The notes under the pieces are model-generated. The model saw only the letters and a list, made by a program, of their open reading frames with translations. It made no database searches and was not told the DNA's origin. Shown piece after piece: positions 7,627 through 13,448 of a stretch of 13,448 nt of DNA. Position 1 is the stretch's first letter; each line of letters starts with the position of its first letter. Source of the DNA: Caldisericaceae bacterium (lineage in GTDB: Bacteria > Caldisericota > Caldisericia > Caldisericales > Caldisericaceae). A program made the translations under genes and the position numbers. The DNA lies in the NCBI GenBank assembly GCA_049967855.1, contig JBMFRX010000023.1, forward strand, positions 1 through 13,448. The letters run 5' to 3'.

Positions 7627-8073
7627 TTATGCCTTGCTGTTGTACCCCACGTCTTCGGCAATTTTCTCTGCGATTCTCTTAACGTCTTTGTCATCAAAAT
7701 CAAGCGTTGGAGCTTTCTTTACATTCATTTCGCTTATAGTATATTCATAGTCGATTTTGATGCCTTTTTGCTCCATTATTTTTGAGGTACATTTGTTTGC
7801 GCATCCGTTGATTACAATCACACGCTTCGCGTTTTTTCCGATATTTACGTGAGCTTCAGATCCTGCTCCTACGGCAGCTGTGCAGCACATTCGAGCTCCA
7901 ACTCCCCTCACTGTAAGGTCTTTTGCAACTTCGTTACCAACCTGACCAACGCTTGCGGCTCCATCGCAAGCAAAAATAATGTCGAGGTTTGCAGCCTCTT
8001 TGCCGCAAGAAGGCAATAATTTAAGCAGATTCCAATCTTTGCCTTCTGTGACTTCTTTCTTTTCTTCTTCCAT
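7627..8073 (-). CDS. DGC-domain putative metal-binding protein
   Basis: FACDGAASVGQ, MCC and VIVINGCANKC fit the DGC family pattern (CSGxSxxGQ...IDGCxxxC); GGAGG RBS overlapping the ArsR stop codon. Confidence 0.85.
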   Translation of the reverse strand: MEEEKKEVTEGKDWNLLKLLPSCGKEAANLDIIFACDGAASVGQVGNEVAKDLTVRGVGARMCCTAAVGAGSEAHVNIGKNAKRVIVINGCANKCTSKIMEQKGIKIDYEYTISEMNVKKAPTLDFDDKDVKRIAEKIAEDVGYNSKA

Positions 8074-8086
8074 TTTAATTAACCTC

Positions 8087-8491
8087 CTATGTTAATTTTC
8101 TTTTGTTATTGACTATAATTGCTGAAGCAATATTCTTGACAATATTAACACATTGGCCATTCTCTCTTTTTTGAGCTATTTCAGAAAGGAGCATCTCGTT
8201 TTTCTTTACATATTCGGCTGGCAAAGCTTGTATCGCGCTGAAAAGCTTTTCCGTAAATTCATCGCGGGCAGGAGATATTTGGTAAAGGATTCCCCTACCC
8301 ACTCTCCTTTCTTGAACAATGTTTGCCATTTTGAGTTCCTTAAGATATTTTGACAAGTTGTATTGGGACTCGCCCATTGCATAGGCAAGCTCGCAAACAT
8401 AAAACTCGTCTTCTGCTCTAAGAAGTAAAGAGACCAACATTAGTCTTTTCTCATCAGAAATCGCCTTCAGGATATTCTCATATATGCTCAT
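8087..8491 (-). CDS. ArsR/SmtB-family transcriptional repressor
   Basis: Winged HTH pattern KAISDEKRL...EFYVCELAYAMGESQYNLSKYLKELKMANIVQERRVG. Confidence 0.9.
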   Translation of the reverse strand: MSIYENILKAISDEKRLMLVSLLLRAEDEFYVCELAYAMGESQYNLSKYLKELKMANIVQERRVGRGILYQISPARDEFTEKLFSAIQALPAEYVKKNEMLLSEIAQKRENGQCVNIVKNIASAIIVNNKRKLT

Positions 8492-8511
8492 ATGCGCATT
8501 ATAGCATATGA
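8488..8511. promoter_or_regulatory. Putative ArsR autoregulatory operator (perfect inverted repeat)
   Basis: TCATATGC-N8-GCATATGA, covering the arsR start codon and -10 box. Confidence 0.75.
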
Positions 8512-8525
8512 TAGTAAAAAATCAA
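8498..8525 (-). promoter_or_regulatory. Promoter of arsR-DGC, probably leaderless
   Basis: Minus strand TTGATT (8520-8525), 16 nt, TATAAT (8498-8503) with a TGc extension, then 6 nt to ATG; no Shine-Dalgarno sequence. Confidence 0.7.
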
Positions 8526-8558
8526 TACGCCTAACCAATGTATTGAATAAACCAGAGT

Positions 8559-8586
8559 ATGAAAATATTCCGATTTAAAGTATAAT
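8559..8586 (+). promoter_or_regulatory. Putative promoter of degV-plsX
   Basis: TATAAT at 8581-8586 with a weak ATGAAA 16 nt upstream. Confidence 0.45.
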
Positions 8587-8635
8587 TAAATAGAAAAACG
8601 CTTAAGATTATTTTATGCTTAAAGGAGGCGTAACG

Positions 8636-9475
8636 ATGATTAGAATAGTCACTGATTCAACTGCGTATTTGACCGAGCAAGAAATAAGAGATTATGGCAT
8701 TACAATAGTTCCCCTTTATGTGAATTCCCCAAAAGGAGATTACAGAGAGAGGGTTGATATTTCAGATGAGGAATTCTATGAGAGGCTTAAAGAAGGCGAA
8801 GAGTTTGGAAGGTCTCAACCTGCAACTAAAGACTTTGTGGAAGCTTACAAGCCTATTATCGAAAACGGTGACGAAATAATTTCTTTACATATCTCGGCAA
8901 TCCTTTCGGGCACTATCAACTCTGCAAATGCAGCAAAAGAGATTTTAGCAACAGACAAGATAACTATCATCGATTCAAAATCCTCCTCAGTAGACCTTCT
9001 TTATAAAGTGCTAAAGGTTTATGAGCTGATTGAGAAAGGGCTAACAAGAGAGCAAATTGCAGATGAAATAGACAAATTTCATTCAAGAGTTCAGGGGTTC
9101 TTTCTTCCGATGAACATTGATTTGCTCATAAAGGGCGGAAGAATCAGTCACTTGCAGGGCAAAATTACAAGTGCCTTGAGACTGTTCTTTATTCTTTATC
9201 TAAACGAAGGCAAGATTGACCTTTACAAGTTTGGAAGAACAAGAAATGGTTCAAAAGAAGAGCTTATCAAGATAGTACAGGAAATCGGAGCAAATAAAGG
9301 CGGATTTGAGAGATTGGATACAGTTTACAGCGCAAACGAGGAAGAAGGCGAAGAATTCAGAAAACACGTAGAGGATATAATTGCAATGCCTGTAAAGAAG
9401 TACGTCATTGGTCCCGTACTTGGAACACACCTTGGGACAGAATCCCTTGGAATAGCTTTTGTGACAAAGAATTAG
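8636..9475 (+). CDS. DegV/FakB-family fatty-acid-binding protein
   Basis: Motifs IVTDST, IVPL, SQP, HISAILSGT, IIDSKS, GGRI, HLG. The start is moved to ATG 8636, which follows AAGGAGG. Confidence 0.92.
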   Translation: MIRIVTDSTAYLTEQEIRDYGITIVPLYVNSPKGDYRERVDISDEEFYERLKEGEEFGRSQPATKDFVEAYKPIIENGDEIISLHISAILSGTINSANAAKEILATDKITIIDSKSSSVDLLYKVLKVYELIEKGLTREQIADEIDKFHSRVQGFFLPMNIDLLIKGGRISHLQGKITSALRLFFILYLNEGKIDLYKFGRTRNGSKEELIKIVQEIGANKGGFERLDTVYSANEEEGEEFRKHVEDIIAMPVKKYVIGPVLGTHLGTESLGIAFVTKN

Positions 9476-9483
9476 GTGAGAAT

Positions 9484-10491
9484 ATGAAAATTGCTGTTGA
9501 TGGAATGGGAGGAGATTTTGCTCCGTACGAGGTTGTGCAGGGAGTAGCCCTTGCTTTAGAGGAGATTCCAGATTTAGAGATTGTTTTAACTGGCGACAAA
9601 GCTGCTCTTGAAAATGAAATTGCTTCAATCGAAAATAGGTCTCGCATTGAAATAGTGCCTACTGAGCAGGTTATTACAATGCATGACAAGCCGAGAGATG
9701 CACTGCTAAAAAAGAAGCAATCTTCGATGCACAAGGCAATCGAACTGGTCAAGGATGATTATGCAAAAGGGATTGTGACAGCAGGTAATACAGGTGCGTA
9801 TATGGCAATTTCGATTTTCACTCTTGGCAGGCTCAAAGGAGTAACGCGGCCTGCTATTGGAGTAGTACTTCCTTTTAGAGACGGAGGCTACGGACTGCTG
9901 CTTGATGTGGGAGCGAGTGTTGACATAAGTGCTAAAGAATACCTTGTGTTTGCATTACTTGGAAAAGTTTATTTGGCAACCCTCACAGGTAAAACCGACA
10001 TTTCGATTGGTCTTTTGAATATTGGAGAGGAAGAAGAAAAAGGCAACAAGATAACCCAGGAAGCATACAAACTGCTTAAAGAGAATTTCAATGATTTTGC
10101 AGGAAACGTCGAGCCTCAAGACCTCTTGAATCATAAAGTAGATGTTCTTGTGACTGATGGCTTCACAGGGAATGTCCTTGAGAAATCCTACGAAGGCGCT
10201 GCAGAGTTCATAATAGATGCAATAAAGGATGAAATAAAGAAGTCCAACATCAGGAAAATTGCAGCAGTGGTTTTGAAGAAAGCCATAAAAAACGCCTTCA
10301 GCACTTTGAATTATGAGAATTTTGGTGGCTCGCCATTGCTTGGCGTGGATGGTATTTCAATCAAGGCACACGGGCGTTCCAAAAGGGTTGCCATTAAGAA
10401 TGCAATCAAAGTATGTTATGAACTTGCCGAGAATAACTTGATAGACAATTTCAGAGATTCTCTGGAAAAAGCGAATTTTGCAGGAGATTAA
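9484..10491 (+). CDS. plsX: Phosphate acyltransferase PlsX
   Basis: Motifs IAVDGMGGDFAP, SSM, AGNTGA, RPA, LLDVGA, LLNIGEEEEKG, DGFTGN, GGSPLLG, KAHGRS; RBS AGGTGA. Confidence 0.96.
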   Translation: MKIAVDGMGGDFAPYEVVQGVALALEEIPDLEIVLTGDKAALENEIASIENRSRIEIVPTEQVITMHDKPRDALLKKKQSSMHKAIELVKDDYAKGIVTAGNTGAYMAISIFTLGRLKGVTRPAIGVVLPFRDGGYGLLLDVGASVDISAKEYLVFALLGKVYLATLTGKTDISIGLLNIGEEEEKGNKITQEAYKLLKENFNDFAGNVEPQDLLNHKVDVLVTDGFTGNVLEKSYEGAAEFIIDAIKDEIKKSNIRKIAAVVLKKAIKNAFSTLNYENFGGSPLLGVDGISIKAHGRSKRVAIKNAIKVCYELAENNLIDNFRDSLEKANFAGD

Positions 10492-10498
10492 CTAAAGA

Positions 10499-10665
10499 GG
10501 GGATTATAGTCTTTTGCTCGTGAGTTGAAATGGATAAACTCTTTCATCCTTCAGTAACGTCATCAGATTCATCGTAAATGTAAGGTAAAAGTAGCTTCGT
10601 TATGCCGTTGTTCAATTTGTACAATGTCTTCTGATTTATGCATGTCATTTCGGACTATAATTCTC
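10499..10665. repeat. Nested inverted repeats spanning the plsX/hsdM intergenic region
   Basis: ATTATAGTC (10503-10511) / GACTATAAT (10653-10661), extending to 13 bp with G-U pairs; inner pairs GAAATG/CATTTC and ATCAGA/TCTGAT. Confidence 0.4.
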
Positions 10666-10673
10666 CATCCTTC

Positions 10674-12179
10674 TTATTCCTTGTACTTCAGTCTGTTTAG
10701 TACCTCAATTAACTTTTTGTTTTCTTGTTCGATTATGCCTATAAGTTCTTCTGGAGTTCTTTTGTCAGAATCATCTTTTCTATTCGGATTCACTGCTTTC
10801 ATATCATAATTTTTCTTTACTATCTCATCAACTGAAACTTTCCAAGAGCGTTCGCTTGATTCACGATTAGGAAGCAATTTAAAGAATTCATCAAAGTGCT
10901 CAATAGTAAGTGGCTGCCCCTTTGTTATATTCAAATCAGAAAGGTCATAATACCATATCTCACGTGTAGTCTCGCCTTTAGTGAAAAACAAAAGATTTGT
11001 TTTACTTGCAGCTCCCGCATTCAAAAAAACTTTTGGAGGCAAACTTACAATGCACCAAAGATTAAATTCATTTAGCAGTTTTCTTTTTGTCTGAACAAAA
11101 GCAGTTTCATTTGTCCTAAAAAGAACTCCTTCGTCCATCACAATTCCACATCTTCCGCCTCTTTTTAAGCTATCCATTACGTGCTGAAGGAAAAGAACTT
11201 GGGTTGCCGAAGTCTTATATGCAAAATTGGTTTGTGCATCTTTATTTTCTTTACCTCCAAATGGAGGATTAGTTAAAATAACATCATAACTTTGAGGAGC
11301 GCCTGTAAAAAGTCCTCCATAGGTTTCTCGTCCTGTAAGAGTGTTTCCGTGCCATATATGCGGCTCATCAATTCCTTGAAGCACAAGGTTTGCAAGTGCA
11401 ATAGGATAGACAAGGTCTTCCTTTTCCCGACCGTAGAAAGTGCGTGTTTTCAGAATTTCTCTATCAGTTGCAGTAGGTGCCTTTTCACTCATATATTGAT
11501 ATGCTTGAGCAAGAAATCCACCAGTTCCACAGCAAGGGTCATAAACGGTTTCATGGATTTTCGGATCAACAACTTGCACCATTACTCTTATAACTTCCCT
11601 TGGAGTAAAGAATTGTCCACCATCATTATTCTTTTCACCCATCTTCTGCAAGAGCCCCTCATATACTTGAGAGAGAGTAAACATATGCTTCTCTTCAATA
11701 TGCTCAATTGAAAGTTCGTTTATGCGATCAAGAATATCCAAAAGATTTCTTTCGGTATCAATTCCAGTTTTCTCAATAGATGAAAAAACCTCACTTATAA
11801 CTTTCTGTCGAGAGTTTGCGCCAGGTTTATCTTTTAATTCCTTAAGGTGAGGAATAAGATCTCCGTTAACAAAACTCATAAAAGCACCCAAAGTACTTTG
11901 TTGCAATTCCTGTCGCTTCTTTCCAGTTGGATCCGCCCAGTCCCTCCATCTGTAAGGACAGGTCAATGAAGGGTAGTACATATGCCCGAGTGCTTCGGTT
12001 TCTTCTTTTTCTTTCTCCTCAATTTCATCAAGGATTCTCAAGAACAGCATCCAGGTAAGTTCAGGCACATACTGGAGAGCAGAAGCCCTCCCAGACCTTC
12101 TCATAATATCGCAGATGCCTTTAACATAAGCATTTAGCGATTGTGGAGTTGAAATTTTTCGGTGATTATTATTGTTCAT
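10674..12179 (-). CDS. hsdM: Type I restriction-modification N6-adenine methyltransferase subunit
   Basis: HsdM N-terminal region (ELTWMLFLR), GQFFTPR, SAM-binding motif I DPCCGTGGFL, catalytic motif IV NPPF, C-terminal helical tail; 501 aa; RBS GAGGAG. Confidence 0.92.
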   Translation of the reverse strand: MNNNNHRKISTPQSLNAYVKGICDIMRRSGRASALQYVPELTWMLFLRILDEIEEKEKEETEALGHMYYPSLTCPYRWRDWADPTGKKRQELQQSTLGAFMSFVNGDLIPHLKELKDKPGANSRQKVISEVFSSIEKTGIDTERNLLDILDRINELSIEHIEEKHMFTLSQVYEGLLQKMGEKNNDGGQFFTPREVIRVMVQVVDPKIHETVYDPCCGTGGFLAQAYQYMSEKAPTATDREILKTRTFYGREKEDLVYPIALANLVLQGIDEPHIWHGNTLTGRETYGGLFTGAPQSYDVILTNPPFGGKENKDAQTNFAYKTSATQVLFLQHVMDSLKRGGRCGIVMDEGVLFRTNETAFVQTKRKLLNEFNLWCIVSLPPKVFLNAGAASKTNLLFFTKGETTREIWYYDLSDLNITKGQPLTIEHFDEFFKLLPNRESSERSWKVSVDEIVKKNYDMKAVNPNRKDDSDKRTPEELIGIIEQENKKLIEVLNRLKYKE

Positions 12180-12194
12180 ACCATACTCCTCTCA

Positions 12195-13448
12195 CTATAT
12201 TAATTTATCTTTGTGAAAAAGCATTACATTTTCCTTCTTCGCTATTCTTTTCATCTCATCTGTAAAACCACTTTTTGAAAACAGGCAATAATATCCTTTC
12301 CTGCCTTCTTTCCCCCATTGCACAAGCTTCGCTTTTCGTTTTAGATTATCGTAAATATCTATTCCCATAGGTTTATTGCTCCACTTTGCTTCACCAAATA
12401 GTATTTTGTTTTCTTTCTCATTCAAGGCAATCACATCAATTTCCTCGTTTCTATCCCACCATCTTCCGATTCTTTCAATAGGGAAAAATCTCTCTTCGTT
12501 TCTCTTGACTATATCCTGTGCTACTTTTTCGTAGTTTTCCGCAACGGTAGTATTAAAATCCTCCATTATGCTTTTTAATACCATATCCGTTTTTCCCTCT
12601 TCAATTCTACTTCTATTGGGTAATATATATTTGAACCAGAATTTGAAGAACTGGTCTTGTAATTTGTAGATACCTTTTCTTGATTTAAGAGGATTCTTTT
12701 CCGTGACAGGAACTTCCTTCTGGATTATTTGTAAATCTTCAAGTACAAAAAGATACTTGTGAAGAATACCTTTTTCAAAACCTGTTTCATTTACTATCTC
12801 ACTTATTCTTGTTTTTCCCTGCGCAATTGCTCTCAATATTGCAAAATAGTTTCGTGGCTCTCTTAATTCTTCGTGAAGTATAAATTCTGCCTCACCGTAA
12901 AGACTATCTTCAGGAAAGAGAAAATTATCTCTTATATTATCTTCAAGTGACTTTTCTGGATTTATTTTATTTAGATAACTCGGATTCCCCCCCACAATTG
13001 AAAAAAAAGAAGTCCTTTCATCAAAAGACAACTGAGGAAAGAATTCCGAAGCTTCATAAAAACCAAAAGGCTTTACAAGTATTTGACCGGTTCTTCGGCC
13101 GTAAAGAGGTGCCTTATATCCAAGGACTTCTTGTTCCATCATTGCGATGCTTGAGCCACAGATGATTAAATACACAGGCGTTTCTTTTAGAAATTCATCC
13201 CATCCCGATTGAAAAATCGATGAAATACCTTTGTTCGCTTCCGCAAGATATGGAAATTCGTCAATTGTAATAATCATTTTCTCCTTTATTTTTTCCTTCA
13301 AATATACAAAGAATGTTTGCCAATTAGCAAAACCACTTGATTGAAGAATTATATCATTAAAATATTCCCCAACTAATTTTGAAATCATCTTTAAGTTATC
13401 ATTATCGCTTATTTTCTGTGCTAAGAAGTAAATATGCGGCTTATCTTT
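12195..13448 (-). CDS. Archaeal-type ATPase with wHTH and DUF234/PD-(D/E)XK C-terminal domain (COG1672-like), 5' truncated
   Basis: The frame stays open to the window edge (KDKPHIYFLAQKISDNDNLK precedes the track's Met). Walker B IITIDEFPYL, ICGSS, PLYGRRT, GGNPSYL, DQFFKFWF, GRWW-EEIDVIA-FGEAKW. Walker A lies outside the window. Confidence 0.9.
   Translation of the reverse strand, partial: KDKPHIYFLAQKISDNDNLKMISKLVGEYFNDIILQSSGFANWQTFFVYLKEKIKEKMIITIDEFPYLAEANKGISSIFQSGWDEFLKETPVYLIICGSSIAMMEQEVLGYKAPLYGRRTGQILVKPFGFYEASEFFPQLSFDERTSFFSIVGGNPSYLNKINPEKSLEDNIRDNFLFPEDSLYGEAEFILHEELREPRNYFAILRAIAQGKTRISEIVNETGFEKGILHKYLFVLEDLQIIQKEVPVTEKNPLKSRKGIYKLQDQFFKFWFKYILPNRSRIEEGKTDMVLKSIMEDFNTTVAENYEKVAQDIVKRNEERFFPIERIGRWWDRNEEIDVIALNEKENKILFGEAKWSNKPMGIDIYDNLKRKAKLVQWGKEGRKGYYCLFSKSGFTDEMKRIAKKENVMLFHKDKLI

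Noticed and set aside
8615..8635. Track start of degV at 8615
   Set aside because: The extension MLKGG is the translated RBS; the family N-terminus begins at 8636.
7535..9752. Small ORFs at 7535-7750, 8153-8353, 8206-8400, 9251-9628 and 9405-9752
   Set aside because: They overlap real genes or a terminator and have no independent support.
10544..10648. 34-aa minus-strand ORF MTCINQKTLY...VTEG after hsdM
   Set aside because: SD spacing is too long and there is no recognisable motif.
10624..13165. + strand ORFs at 10624-10809, 11292-11711 and 12947-13165
   Set aside because: Antisense shadows of hsdM and the ATPase gene.
1..13448. CRISPR array, tRNA/rRNA, transposase or integrase, riboswitch or T-box
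   Set aside because: No regularly spaced repeats, cloverleaf, recombinase motifs or conserved leader motifs were seen, and all intergenic gaps are at most about 310 bp.

Overview
Gene-dense, AT-rich bacterial window (plsX and sigma70-type promoters indicate a bacterium; several genes belong to families common in archaea and anaerobes). From left to right: the 3' end of an unidentified + strand gene; a DUF2804-like gene; a four-gene polar amino-acid ABC importer operon; a secreted polysaccharide deacetylase; a two-gene SufC/SufB-like (SMS-type) Fe-S assembly operon; an ArsR-family regulator plus a Cys-rich DGC-domain gene with a clear operator; a degV-plsX operon; and, converging on it, a more AT-rich accessory block of a Type I RM methyltransferase (hsdM) coupled to an ATPase-wHTH-PD-(D/E)XK gene that runs off the right edge. 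No rRNA, tRNA, CRISPR array or intact mobile element was seen. The most interesting items are the ATPase-nuclease/hsdM pair with no hsdS downstream, the nested inverted repeats at the plsX/hsdM junction, the ArsR-DGC unit upstream of the minimal Fe-S system, and two apparently leaderless genes. All family assignments come from motif recognition by eye; no database search was run.
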